A stretch of DNA of 64,000 nt from an uncultured Anaerolineaceae bacterium (GTDB lineage Bacteria; Chloroflexota; Limnocylindria; Limnocylindrales; CSP1-4): NCBI GenBank assembly GCA_964518505.1, contig CAZFGT010000003.1, forward strand, positions 26,589-90,588. The letters are read 5' to 3'. This document shows positions 44,920 through 54,064 of the stretch, piece by piece. The notes below the pieces were generated by a model. It worked only from the letters and a program-made list of their open reading frames with translations, was not told the origin of the DNA and ran no database searches. Position 1 is the stretch's first letter, and each line of letters begins with the position of its first letter. Both the position numbers and the translations under genes were made by a program.

Positions 44920-45384
44920 CTAGCGCCCGCGGGCGACGTCGGCCATCTGGCGCTCCAGGTCCCGCCGTGCATCGCGCTCGGCGATGGCCCGACGGCGATC
45001 GTGGAGCTGCTTGCCGCGGGCCAGGCCCAGCTCGACCTTGGCCCGGCCGTGGTCGTCCAGATAGAGCCGCAGAGGCACGACCGTGAGGCCCTTGGCCGAG
45101 GCCTTGCCCATCAGCTCATCGATCTGGCGGCGGTGCAGGAGCAGCTTGCGCACGCGCTTCGCCTCGTGGTTCCAGCGGTTGCCGCTGGTCCACGGCGCGA
45201 TGTCGGCGCCGATGAGCCACGCCTCACCGTGTTCGACGCGCGCGTAGGCATCCCGCAGGTTCACCTTGCGGGCGCGGATGCTCTTGATCTCGGTGCCGGT
45301 CAGGACGAGGCCGGCCTCGAAATGCTCCTCGATGAGGTATTCGTGATGGGCCCGGCGGTTCAGCGCCACCGTGGTCTCGCCCAT
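44920..45384 (-). CDS. smpB: SsrA-binding protein SmpB
   Basis: VALNRRAHHEYLIEE…GTEIKSIRARKVNLRDAYA…KLLLHRRQI…KGLTVVPLRLYL is the canonical SmpB sequence. Confidence 0.92.
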   Translation of the reverse strand: MGETTVALNRRAHHEYLIEEHFEAGLVLTGTEIKSIRARKVNLRDAYARVEHGEAWLIGADIAPWTSGNRWNHEAKRVRKLLLHRRQIDELMGKASAKGLTVVPLRLYLDDHGRAKVELGLARGKQLHDRRRAIAERDARRDLERQMADVARGR

Positions 45385-45426
45385 GGGATGGATCCTTCAG
45401 GCGCGGACGGGAGCCCGCGGGGTTCC

Positions 45427-45452
45427 TAGACGCACGAATGCCGGCCCGAAAT
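45427..45452. terminator. Perfect 8-bp GC hairpin (ATGCCGGC-N10-GCCGGCAT) between ctpA and smpB
   Basis: Palindrome seen directly in the sequence. No adjacent U-run, so rho-independent terminator function is uncertain. Confidence 0.2.
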
Positions 45453-45649
45453 CGAGCCGGCATCCGGTTGCTGGACCACCTGCGGGTCTTGGCTTAGGCA
45501 GCTGCCTCCCGCGAGGTGGTGCAGCTAGGCGTAGGGTCGATCACTGCACATCACCTCCTTTCGTTAGGCGGCACGATACCGGAAGGCCCGGCGGGGCGCA
45601 AGGACCCGCCTCGAGCGCGGCGGCCCCTGGTCGCGGGCCCGTGGAACCC

Positions 45650-46969
45650 CTAGCCCATGAGCCAGAGCGGCACCAGGCTGGAGCCGCCGGCGGGCGAGCC
45701 CATCAGCGCCTGGATGGCGGCGTCGAGCACCGGATCGTCGCCGGCCGGCGGGTTGGCCGGCGGCGTGACCACCACATCGGGCGTCAGGCCCTTGCCCTGG
45801 ATCCACGTCTTGCTGTCAGGCGTGAGCCACTTGGCGATGGTCAGGCGGAAGCCGCCCATGTCGTCGCTGAGGGTCTGGAACTGCTGGATCACGCCCTTGC
45901 CGAAGGTGACCTGGCCCACCAGTCGCGCGCGCTTGGTGTCCTGCAGCGCCCCGGCGACGATCTCGCTGGCACTGGCCGAGCCCTTGTCCACGAGCACGAC
46001 CAGGGAGACGCGCGGATCGGTGGCGACGCCGCCGGGCTGAGCGTCCTGGGCCACCTGGCGCCCATCGGCGTACTCCTGCCAGTAGATGGGCCCCGAGCCG
46101 ATGAACTGGCTGGCGATCTTCTGGGCGGCATCCACGAAGCCTCCTGGATCACCGCGCAGGTCGAAGGCGATGTGCGTCACGCCCTGGGCCAACAGGGCGG
46201 CGAGCTGGTCCTTGAAGTCGGCAGGGGCCGTGTCACTGAACTGCGCCAGGTGGATGTAGCCGACCTGGCCGGCGTCCACCAGCCGGCTGTCCACCTGTGG
46301 CTCGGTGACCACCTGGCGGGTGATCGACAGGTCGAAGGGGCTTCCTCCGTTGCGCGCCAGGCGCAGGATCACGGCCGTGTTCGCCGGGCCGCGGACCTCC
46401 GCCGTGATGGCGCCGACCGTCTGCCCGTCGACCGCCTTGCCGCCCACGGCGACGATGACGTCGTTGGCCAGCAAGCCGGCCGCCTCGGCCGGTGCGCCGG
46501 GGACGGTGCGCACGACGACGAGCGAGCAGGCCGCGCCGAGGGGCGTGCAGCCCTCCGTCCCGTCGGGTGCGCGACTCGTCATGACGGCCCCGATGCCCTC
46601 GAACTGGCCCGCCAGGCCCGAGAGGGTCGAGGTCAGGGCGGCCGGCGCCAGGTATTGGCTGTAGGGATCGTTGAGCGAGGAGAACATGCCACCGAGCGCG
46701 CCCTCGATGAGTGCCCGCTGGTCCACCGGGCCCTCCGCGAAGTCACTCGTGATGGCATGGTACGCGTCCCAGAACGCCTGGAACGCGGCCTCGTCGGACG
46801 CCTGCGTGCCCGGTGTCTCGGCCTGCAGGTGCCCCAGGGAATAGCCCGACGCGAAGAGGGCCGAACCGGCCAGCACCGCGGCCACGACGAGCGCCAGGCG
46901 CGAACCAGGTACGTGGACGGGCCGGCGGCCTGCCGGCTCGGGATCGGGGGAGGCGAGCGGCAGGGACAT
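45650..46969 (-). CDS. ctpA: Carboxyl-terminal processing protease (S41, PDZ domain)
   Basis: S41 motifs (GGxxFDLSITRQ…, VLVDKGSASASEIVAGALQD, GKGxIQ) and a PDZ region. N-terminal signal/TM. Confidence 0.8.
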   Translation of the reverse strand: MSLPLASPDPEPAGRRPVHVPGSRLALVVAAVLAGSALFASGYSLGHLQAETPGTQASDEAAFQAFWDAYHAITSDFAEGPVDQRALIEGALGGMFSSLNDPYSQYLAPAALTSTLSGLAGQFEGIGAVMTSRAPDGTEGCTPLGAACSLVVVRTVPGAPAEAAGLLANDVIVAVGGKAVDGQTVGAITAEVRGPANTAVILRLARNGGSPFDLSITRQVVTEPQVDSRLVDAGQVGYIHLAQFSDTAPADFKDQLAALLAQGVTHIAFDLRGDPGGFVDAAQKIASQFIGSGPIYWQEYADGRQVAQDAQPGGVATDPRVSLVVLVDKGSASASEIVAGALQDTKRARLVGQVTFGKGVIQQFQTLSDDMGGFRLTIAKWLTPDSKTWIQGKGLTPDVVVTPPANPPAGDDPVLDAAIQALMGSPAGGSSLVPLWLMG

Positions 46970-47070
46970 GAGACGCCTCGGAGGGGATCGGTGCGGGTCC
47001 GGACCTTGTGGGGCGTCAGTCTACTCAAGGCCGGCGAGCCTGCAAGGGACCCGTCGGCCGGGCCGCGCGG

Positions 47071-47961
47071 CTAGCGGATGAGGTAGCTGCGGACGGAGAT
47101 CCAGGCGCCCATGCCGCCCATCAGCGCTCCCGCCCCCACCACCAGGCCGACCAGCTCCAGGCCCAGCTGCTGGTCGAAGCCGACCGGGACCTGGGCCACG
47201 ATGGCGGTCGTGAACTGGCTGATGGGACCCGCCGCGAGGCCCAGCAGGACCAGCGTGAGAGCCGCCCCGATGAGGCCGACGAACAGGCCCTCGAAGATGA
47301 AGGGCCAGCGGATGAACGCGTCGGACGCCCCGACCAGCCGCATGATCTCGATCTCGTCGGCCCGCGCCATGACCGCCATGCGGATCGTGTTGACGACGAT
47401 GAAGAGGACGGTCAGGCCGACCATGACGAGCATGATCAGGCCGATCGTGCGCAGGACGTTGGTGATCGTGATGAGGGCGTCGACGACCTGCTGCGTCTCG
47501 TCGACGCGCTGGACCACGCCGGTGGACGCCTTGAGCACGTCGACGACCGTCCCGTAGACGCCCGGCTCACGCAGCTTGACGTTGATGCTGGCAGGGATGG
47601 GGTTGGTCCCGGTGACGGCCGTGAAGTCCTGCTGGCCGCGCGCGCGGAGCGTGGCCTGCCAATCGGCCAGCGCCTGGTCCTTGGTCGTGTAGGTGACCGC
47701 CGAGACCTCCGGCAGCGCCTGCACCTGCCCGATGAGGGCCTGGACGCGGTCGGGCGGCACCCCGTCGTAGAGGTAGGCCTGCACATCGACCTTCTGTTCC
47801 ACGAACGACAGGCCCGCCTGGAGGCCCGACAGCACGATCAGCAGGCCGGCCAGGAGCAGCAGCATCAGGACCATGGTCACGGTCGCGGCGAGGCTCATCA
47901 CGCGGTTGCGCCAGAGGCCCTGGAGGGCGCGGCGCACGGAGAAGGCGGTGAAGGTCAGCAC
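47071..47961 (-). CDS. ftsX: Cell-division ABC transporter permease FtsX
   Basis: 296 aa with one N-terminal TM, a periplasmic loop, and three C-terminal TM (FtsX topology). Located downstream of ftsE. Confidence 0.85.
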   Translation of the reverse strand: MLTFTAFSVRRALQGLWRNRVMSLAATVTMVLMLLLLAGLLIVLSGLQAGLSFVEQKVDVQAYLYDGVPPDRVQALIGQVQALPEVSAVTYTTKDQALADWQATLRARGQQDFTAVTGTNPIPASINVKLREPGVYGTVVDVLKASTGVVQRVDETQQVVDALITITNVLRTIGLIMLVMVGLTVLFIVVNTIRMAVMARADEIEIMRLVGASDAFIRWPFIFEGLFVGLIGAALTLVLLGLAAGPISQFTTAIVAQVPVGFDQQLGLELVGLVVGAGALMGGMGAWISVRSYLIR

Positions 47962-47988
47962 GGCCTGCGCCCGTCGCCCACGTGCAGC

Positions 47989-48738
47989 TCAGTACTCGCG
48001 GTGATAGCCGCCCACCTCATCGCGTACGACGCGGCCCTCCTCCAGGGCCACCACGCGGCGTCGCAGCGCGGTCACCACCTCCGCGTTGTGGGTGGCCATG
48101 AGGACGGTCGTGCCCAGCTCGTTGATGCGCAGCAGGAGCTGCAGGATCTCCCAGCTGATGAGGGGATCCAGGTTTCCGGTGGGCTCGTCGGCGATGATGA
48201 TCTCGGGGTCGTGGACCATGGCCCGGGCGATGGCCGTGCGCTGCTGCTCACCACCAGACAGCTGGGCCGGTCGCTGCGCGGCCTGGCCGGTCAGGCCGAC
48301 CAGGGCGAGGACCCGCTCCACCACCGGCGCGGCCTGCTGGCGCGGGGTGCCCGTGACCTCCAGGGCGAAGGCCACGTTCTCGCGCACGGTCTTGCTGGGC
48401 AGCAGCTTGAAGTCCTGGAAGACGATGCCGATGCGCCGCCGCATGAGCGGCACCTGGCGCCGCGGCAGGTGGGCCAGGTCCTGGCCCGCCAGCAGCACCG
48501 CGCCGGTCGTCGCCACCTCGTCGCGGATCAGCAGCTTGATGAGCGTCGTCTTGCCCGCTCCGGAGGGGCCGACGAGGAAGACGAAGTCGCCGCGGGGCAC
48601 CACCAGGTCCACGTCCACCAGGGCGCGTTTCCCATTGGGGTACACCATGCTCACGTCGTGCAGCACGAGCGAGGCACGGAGGGCGTCCGGTTCCGGCGGT
48701 CGCGGCGTGACGGCCGGCGGCTCGAGCGTTGCGGTCAC
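47989..48738 (-). CDS. ftsE: Cell-division ATP-binding protein FtsE
   Basis: Walker [11 protein letters not shown], signature [14 protein letters not shown], Walker [13 protein letters not shown]. The true start may be a few codons downstream. Confidence 0.9.
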   Translation of the reverse strand: MTATLEPPAVTPRPPEPDALRASLVLHDVSMVYPNGKRALVDVDLVVPRGDFVFLVGPSGAGKTTLIKLLIRDEVATTGAVLLAGQDLAHLPRRQVPLMRRRIGIVFQDFKLLPSKTVRENVAFALEVTGTPRQQAAPVVERVLALVGLTGQAAQRPAQLSGGEQQRTAIARAMVHDPEIIIADEPTGNLDPLISWEILQLLLRINELGTTVLMATHNAEVVTALRRRVVALEEGRVVRDEVGGYHREY

Positions 48739-48802
48739 GGCGGCGCGAGGGTAGCACAGGCGCCTGCCGGGCCGGCCCGCCAGGGACGGCCGAGCGACGC
48801 GG

Positions 48803-49780
48803 TCAGCCCTCGCCCGAGGCGGCCACCTCCGCCAGGGCCCGCTCGAAGCGCGGTTCGGCGGCGTGGCCCAGGAGCCGCTCGAAGTGGTGCGCGGCGTAGG
48901 CGTGGAAGTCCACGTCCAAGGTGCTGATGGCCTGCTGGAGGACGCCCCAGGTGGCCTCGCGGAAGTCGGACACGACGCGCATGAGGGTCAGGCGGCCGAG
49001 GCGCTCGGGACGCACCGACCCCTCGTAGGCCGCCAGCAGGACCTCGTCCTCATCGATATCCAGGCCATGGTTGACGCTGAAATTGCCGAGGTCGAAGAAC
49101 GGGTCGCCCATGCCCGCGTACTCCCAGTCGACGATCCGGACCCGGGCCCCGTCGTCGATGAAGTTGCCGTTGAGCAGGTCGTTGTGGCAGGGCTGCATGG
49201 GCAGCGGCGCGGCGACGCAGGCCCGTTCCACGCGTCGCACCACCGCCTCTGCCCGCGCGTAGGCGTCGGGGATGGCCACGCCGCGTGACGCGGCCAGGGC
49301 GCGATAGGCCTCGCCGATGCGATAAGGCACGAAGATGCCCGGGATGGCCGGCCCGTCGTGGATGCGGCGGATCGAGTCGGCGACGCGCCGGATGGTGGCC
49401 GGCTCGTGGACGGCCTCGTCGGTGATGGGCCCACCGACGATGAAGCGGGTCACGAGGTAGCCCTCGGGTCTGATGTAGGCGGCCACCTCCGGACCCACGC
49501 CGACGCCGGCAGCCATCACGGTCGCCGCGTGCTCCACCTCCCGGCTGATGCCAAGGAGGTGGGTGTCGTTGCCGCCCAGGCGCAGGACGACCGTGTCGCC
49601 CCCCGGCACGTCAAGGCCGCCGTCCGCATCGACGCGGTAGTTGCGGTTGGTGATGCCGCCTGAGAGGGTCGTCAGGACCAGGTCGCGGCCGGCCAGTTCG
49701 GGGACGCGTTGGAGCGCACTCACCATGGCCGCGCGGAGCTCCCCCGTGAGGAGCTCCCCGCTGACCGGCCCCCCGGTCAT
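48803..49780 (-). CDS. Choline/ethanolamine kinase-family phosphotransferase (APH fold)
   Basis: LSGGITNRNYRV, Brenner motif CHNDLLNGNFI, and IDWEYAGMGDPFFDLG. Confidence 0.7.
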   Translation of the reverse strand: MTGGPVSGELLTGELRAAMVSALQRVPELAGRDLVLTTLSGGITNRNYRVDADGGLDVPGGDTVVLRLGGNDTHLLGISREVEHAATVMAAGVGVGPEVAAYIRPEGYLVTRFIVGGPITDEAVHEPATIRRVADSIRRIHDGPAIPGIFVPYRIGEAYRALAASRGVAIPDAYARAEAVVRRVERACVAAPLPMQPCHNDLLNGNFIDDGARVRIVDWEYAGMGDPFFDLGNFSVNHGLDIDEDEVLLAAYEGSVRPERLGRLTLMRVVSDFREATWGVLQQAISTLDVDFHAYAAHHFERLLGHAAEPRFERALAEVAASGEG

Positions 49781-49799
49781 ACCGCGCTCGCCACGCCGC

Positions 49800-51431
49800 C
49801 TAGGCGATGGCCGTCTCGCCGGTCGCCGTGTCGGCCGCCACGTGCACCACGTCCACCTTGCCGCGCAGGGCGACGAGGTAGTAGATGACCCCCAGGACGA
49901 CGATGACGCCCAGCGTGGCTTCGAAGACGGGGATCGCCGGCAGGTCGGTCAGGGGGTTGCCAAAGAACTTGAGGAACGTGTTGACGAACGGGTTCGTCCA
50001 TGTGTTGCGCAGGTCGCTGCCGTAGATGCCGAAGATGTCGGGGGCCGTCCACAGCCCGATGTTGATGATCATCACGCCGCCCCAGATGAGGGCGATGATG
50101 TTGATGATCGTGCCGTAGCTGCGCAGCGAGAACGGCGCCGTCTGGTGCGGCCAGCCGCGCCGCCGGGCGAACAGCACGCCCAGGTTGCACATGAAGTAGG
50201 CAAGGTAGATCAAGCCGGTGGCGGAGATGGCCAGGACGGCCGCGCCGCCGGCGCCGGTGACCAGGACGGGGACGGCGGCCAGGACGCCCACCGCGATGCC
50301 GGCGTTGGCCGGCGTCTTGAGCGTCGAGTTGACGTGGGCCCAGACGCCGCCCAGCGGCACCCGCCCGTCGCGGCCCATGGAGAAGAGCAGGCGCACCGTT
50401 GCGCCCTGGATGGCCAGGGTGCACACGAAGACCGCGATGAGGATCACCACGAGGTACAGCTGCCCGAAGGTGAAGCCGTTGAAGATGTTGAAGGTCAGGT
50501 TCTGGGTCAGCGTGTCGGCGATGGGGAAGCCGAAGTTCTGAGCGCTGGTGGTGGCCGCGCCGAGGTCCTGGAACGAGAGGGTCACGGCCAGGAGGAACAC
50601 GGCCCCCACGATGCCGCTGAGCCAGATCGCGGCCAGGACGCCGCGCGGGGCGCGGCGGCTGGCGTCGACGGTCTCTTCGCCGAAGGTGCCGGCGGTGTCG
50701 AAGCCATAGACCACGAAGAGGGGCATCAGCATGCCCACCAGGAACACGGCCAGGAAGTTGCCGCCGGCCAGGCCGCTGGTGGTCGACGTGTCGAACAGGA
50801 TCGACGGTGACTGGTGGTTGGCAAAGAAGAGCAGGATCAGGGCGAAGACGAGCATGCCCACGATCTCCGCCGCCACGCCGATGTTGTTCAGCACGGCCAG
50901 GATGCGCACCCCGGCCACGTTGATGATCGTGGAGATCAGCAGCGTGATGAGGCCCAGGAACTGCTGGTTGTCCAGGCCCGGCACGGCCGACGGATCGCCC
51001 AGCTTGATGTTCATGATCGTGGAGAGCACGAGCGGCACCGTCACGGCCACGGCCGTGACGGTGACCACGCCGGCCCAGAAGTAGATCCAGCCGGTGAACC
51101 AGCCGAGGGTGCGATTGGAGAGCCGCTTGGACCACTGGTAGATGGACCCCGCGACCGGGAAGTGGCTGGACAGCTCGGCGAAGTTGAGGGCCACGAAGGA
51201 CTGGCCGATGATCACCAGGAACCAGGCCCAGAAGACCGTCACGGGCCCGCCCACGCCGTACCCGACGGCCTGGTTGGTGAAGGTCCCGGTGGACACCGAG
51301 ATGTAGCTGAAGGCGACCGCGAAGACGGAGAGGAAGCCCAGCGTGCGGCGCAGCTCCGGCTTGATGCCCAGCGATCGAAGGTGGGCGTCGTCCTGGGCGG
51401 CCTGATCGGCCGGCGCGGCGCCCGGTTGCAT
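49800..51431 (-). CDS. APC-superfamily amino acid/amine permease
   Basis: About 12 TM with an APC profile (…FSYISVSTGTF…GSIYQWSKRL…). Start assumed at MQPGAAPADQ. An alternative-frame ORF 49777..51888 was rejected as spurious. Confidence 0.8.
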   Translation of the reverse strand: MQPGAAPADQAAQDDAHLRSLGIKPELRRTLGFLSVFAVAFSYISVSTGTFTNQAVGYGVGGPVTVFWAWFLVIIGQSFVALNFAELSSHFPVAGSIYQWSKRLSNRTLGWFTGWIYFWAGVVTVTAVAVTVPLVLSTIMNIKLGDPSAVPGLDNQQFLGLITLLISTIINVAGVRILAVLNNIGVAAEIVGMLVFALILLFFANHQSPSILFDTSTTSGLAGGNFLAVFLVGMLMPLFVVYGFDTAGTFGEETVDASRRAPRGVLAAIWLSGIVGAVFLLAVTLSFQDLGAATTSAQNFGFPIADTLTQNLTFNIFNGFTFGQLYLVVILIAVFVCTLAIQGATVRLLFSMGRDGRVPLGGVWAHVNSTLKTPANAGIAVGVLAAVPVLVTGAGGAAVLAISATGLIYLAYFMCNLGVLFARRRGWPHQTAPFSLRSYGTIINIIALIWGGVMIINIGLWTAPDIFGIYGSDLRNTWTNPFVNTFLKFFGNPLTDLPAIPVFEATLGVIVVLGVIYYLVALRGKVDVVHVAADTATGETAIA

Positions 51432-51685
51432 CGTCACGATCACCCTCCTGTGCCTCGTCGCATGCCGCGGCCCCACCTGCCGTCACGCGGACGAGCTCCG
51501 ACCCGCGCCCCCTCCGGGCGGCGGGAATGGCAGCGGAGTCTACGGACGGTGGTGCACCGACGCAAGGGGTGAATTTCACGGATGTCGTGCCGTCCGGGGC
51601 CTTTTCGCACGATTCCCGCAGCTCCAGCCCGGTCGTGCGGTCGGTCGAGCCAGCGGTGCGCCGTATGCTGCCCGGCGTGAAGTCG

Positions 51686-53218
51686 ATGGCGCGGCGCCGA
51701 TCCTGGTCCCGGCTGGCGGCCGTGCCCGTCATCCTGGCCGTCATCGCGGGGTGCGCCAGTCCCGCCCCGCCACCCACCCTGCAGCCCTCGGCCGTCGCGG
51801 GCAGCCCGTCGGCGAGCGGGGCGACACCGGGACCCTCGAGCGTCCCCCTGGCGTGGACCGACTGCGGCGCCCCGTTCGAGTGCGCCACCCTCAGCGTGCC
51901 CCTCGACTACGCCACGGGCGGGGCAGCCGTCGCGCACATCAGCCTGATCCGCCTGCCGGCCTCGGACCACGCCCGCCGGATCGGCTCACTCGTGACCAAC
52001 CCGGGCGGGCCCGGCGGATCGGGCGTCGACTTCGTGCGCGCCGACGCGACCCAGATCTTCCCGGCCGCGGTGCGCGAGCGCTTCGACATCGTCGGCTTCG
52101 ACCCGCGCGGGGTCGGCCTCAGCACGCCGGTCCGCTGTGACGCCGATCTGGAGGCGTACCTCTCGGCCGATCCGGATCCCGTGACCGCGGCCCAGTGGAC
52201 GGCCCTCGCCACTGCGGATCGGGCCTTCGCCACTGCCTGCGGCGCGAACGCCGGTCCGCTGCTCGGCGATGTCTCGACCGTCGCCGCGGCGCGCGACCTG
52301 GACCGCCTGCGGGCGGCGCTCGGCGACGCGAAGCTGACCTACGTCGGCTACTCGTACGGCACGTTCCTTGGCGCGACGTACGCCGGGCTCTTCCCCGACC
52401 ACGTGCGGGCCCTGGTGCTCGACGCGGCGGTCGATCCGGCGCTCGACCTGCTGGGCCGTCTGCGCGGCCAGGCGGCCAGTTTCGAGGGAGCCCTGGACCG
52501 CTTCCTGGCCTCGTGCGCGGCGAACCCGGGCTGCGACTTCTACGAGGGCGGCGCGTCGGGCCGCGCCTTCGACCGCCTCATCGCCGGCCTCGTGCGGAAG
52601 CCGCTCCCGGCGCCGCTGGTGGGCGGTGGCCGCGCGGCGACCGCCGGCATGGCCTGGAACGCCATCCTTGGCGCGCTCTACAGCCCCGGCTTCGGCTGGC
52701 CGTACCTGGCCAGGGCCCTGGGGCTCGCCGCGCAGGGCGACGGCTCACTGCTGCTGGCCACCGCCGATGCGCTCAATGGCCGCAAGCCCGACGGCGAGTA
52801 CAGCAACGAGGTCGAGGCCAACAGCGCCATCAACTGCGTGGACGAGCCGGCCCCGACCGACCCGGCCGCCTACATGACGCTGGCCCAGCAGCTGGTCAGG
52901 ACCGCTCCACGCGTGGGTCGCGTCCTGGCCGCTACCGGGCTCACCTGCGCGTTCTGGCCCGTCCATCCCACCGCGGCGCCCGCTTCGATCAAGGCCGCCG
53001 GAGCCCCGCCGATCGTCGTCATCGGGGGCACCGGCGATCCGGCCACGCCGTACGCCTGGTCGGTGGCCCTGGCCCAGGAACTGAGCTCGGGCGTCCTGCT
53101 GACGCGGACGGGCGAGGGCCACGGCTCGTACGGCTTCGGCACGCCGTGCATCGACACGCCGGTGGATGCCTACCTGCTGGACCTCACCGCACCGGTCAAG
53201 GGCACGGTCTGCAAGTGA
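51686..53218 (+). CDS. Secreted α/β-hydrolase lipoprotein, S33 tripeptidyl-aminopeptidase (Tap)-like
   Basis: Lipobox (VILAVIAGCASP), a GYSYGT nucleophile elbow, and the α/β-hydrolase S33 pattern. Start at MARRRSW. Confidence 0.7.
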   Translation: MARRRSWSRLAAVPVILAVIAGCASPAPPPTLQPSAVAGSPSASGATPGPSSVPLAWTDCGAPFECATLSVPLDYATGGAAVAHISLIRLPASDHARRIGSLVTNPGGPGGSGVDFVRADATQIFPAAVRERFDIVGFDPRGVGLSTPVRCDADLEAYLSADPDPVTAAQWTALATADRAFATACGANAGPLLGDVSTVAAARDLDRLRAALGDAKLTYVGYSYGTFLGATYAGLFPDHVRALVLDAAVDPALDLLGRLRGQAASFEGALDRFLASCAANPGCDFYEGGASGRAFDRLIAGLVRKPLPAPLVGGGRAATAGMAWNAILGALYSPGFGWPYLARALGLAAQGDGSLLLATADALNGRKPDGEYSNEVEANSAINCVDEPAPTDPAAYMTLAQQLVRTAPRVGRVLAATGLTCAFWPVHPTAAPASIKAAGAPPIVVIGGTGDPATPYAWSVALAQELSSGVLLTRTGEGHGSYGFGTPCIDTPVDAYLLDLTAPVKGTVCK

Positions 53219-53230
53219 CCCGGCCCGGCC

Positions 53231-54064
53231 TCAGGGGCGGAGGCCGGCCAGCAGCTCGTCGTGCAGGAGGCCGTTGGAGGCGAGCATCGTGGACCCGTCG
53301 ATGGTGCGCCGGCCGTCGAAGTCGGTGACGCGCGCGCCGGCCTCCTCCAGGACCACCAGCGGGCCGGCCAGGTCCCAGGCGTGCATGCCCACCTCGATCA
53401 TGGCTTCGGCCGCCCCTTCCGCCACCAGCGAGTAGCCCCAGAAGTCGCCGAAGCCGCGGTCCCGCCAGGCGCGGCTGACCAGCGAGCGGAAGCCCGGTGC
53501 CTCGGGCTCGATGTCGGTCGGCGAGCTGTAGACCAGCTGGGCATCCTCCAGCCGCGCCACGGCCGACACGTGGATCCGCCGCGGACCCGGGGCGACCGCG
53601 CCGGGCGACCCGGTGACCCAGGCGCCGCCGCCCCGCCAGGCGTACCAGCGCTGCCGCAGGGCCGGGGCGGAGACCACGCCCACCTGCATCTCGCCGTCGC
53701 GGCTGATGCCCAGGAGCGTGCCGAAGAGCGGCACGCCGCGGATGAAGTTGTGGGTCCCGTCGATGGGGTCCACGTACCAGCGCACGGCGGCGTCGGGATG
53801 CGTCTCGCCTTCCTCTTCGCCGATGAGCCCGTGCTCGGGGTAGGCGCCCAGGATGCGCTCCCGCAGGTGGCGTTCGATGGCCTGGTCGACCTGGGTGACC
53901 AGGCTGCGGTCAGGTTTGGTGCTGATCTGCAGCTCGCGGCGGAAGCCCGCCAGGGCCATCCCGTCGGCCTCGTCGCACATGGCCAGGGCCAGGTCGAGCC
54001 ACCCGCGCAGCTCGGCCGCGCTGCCGCGTCGCAGGCCCGCGCTCCACGCCTCGCCGAACGTCAT
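53231..54064 (-). CDS. Inositol monophosphatase family protein (IMPase/SuhB/HisN-like)
   Basis: WYVDPIDGTHNF and EEGE…D metal-binding motifs. ATG overlaps the stop of the upstream flavoenzyme gene (ATGA). Confidence 0.75.
   Translation of the reverse strand: MTFGEAWSAGLRRGSAAELRGWLDLALAMCDEADGMALAGFRRELQISTKPDRSLVTQVDQAIERHLRERILGAYPEHGLIGEEEGETHPDAAVRWYVDPIDGTHNFIRGVPLFGTLLGISRDGEMQVGVVSAPALRQRWYAWRGGGAWVTGSPGAVAPGPRRIHVSAVARLEDAQLVYSSPTDIEPEAPGFRSLVSRAWRDRGFGDFWGYSLVAEGAAEAMIEVGMHAWDLAGPLVVLEEAGARVTDFDGRRTIDGSTMLASNGLLHDELLAGLRP

Noticed and set aside
49777-51888. 703-aa ORF overlapping the APC permease in another frame
   Set aside because: The translation has no TM pattern or motifs, whereas the 49800..51476 frame gives a clean 12-TM APC permease.
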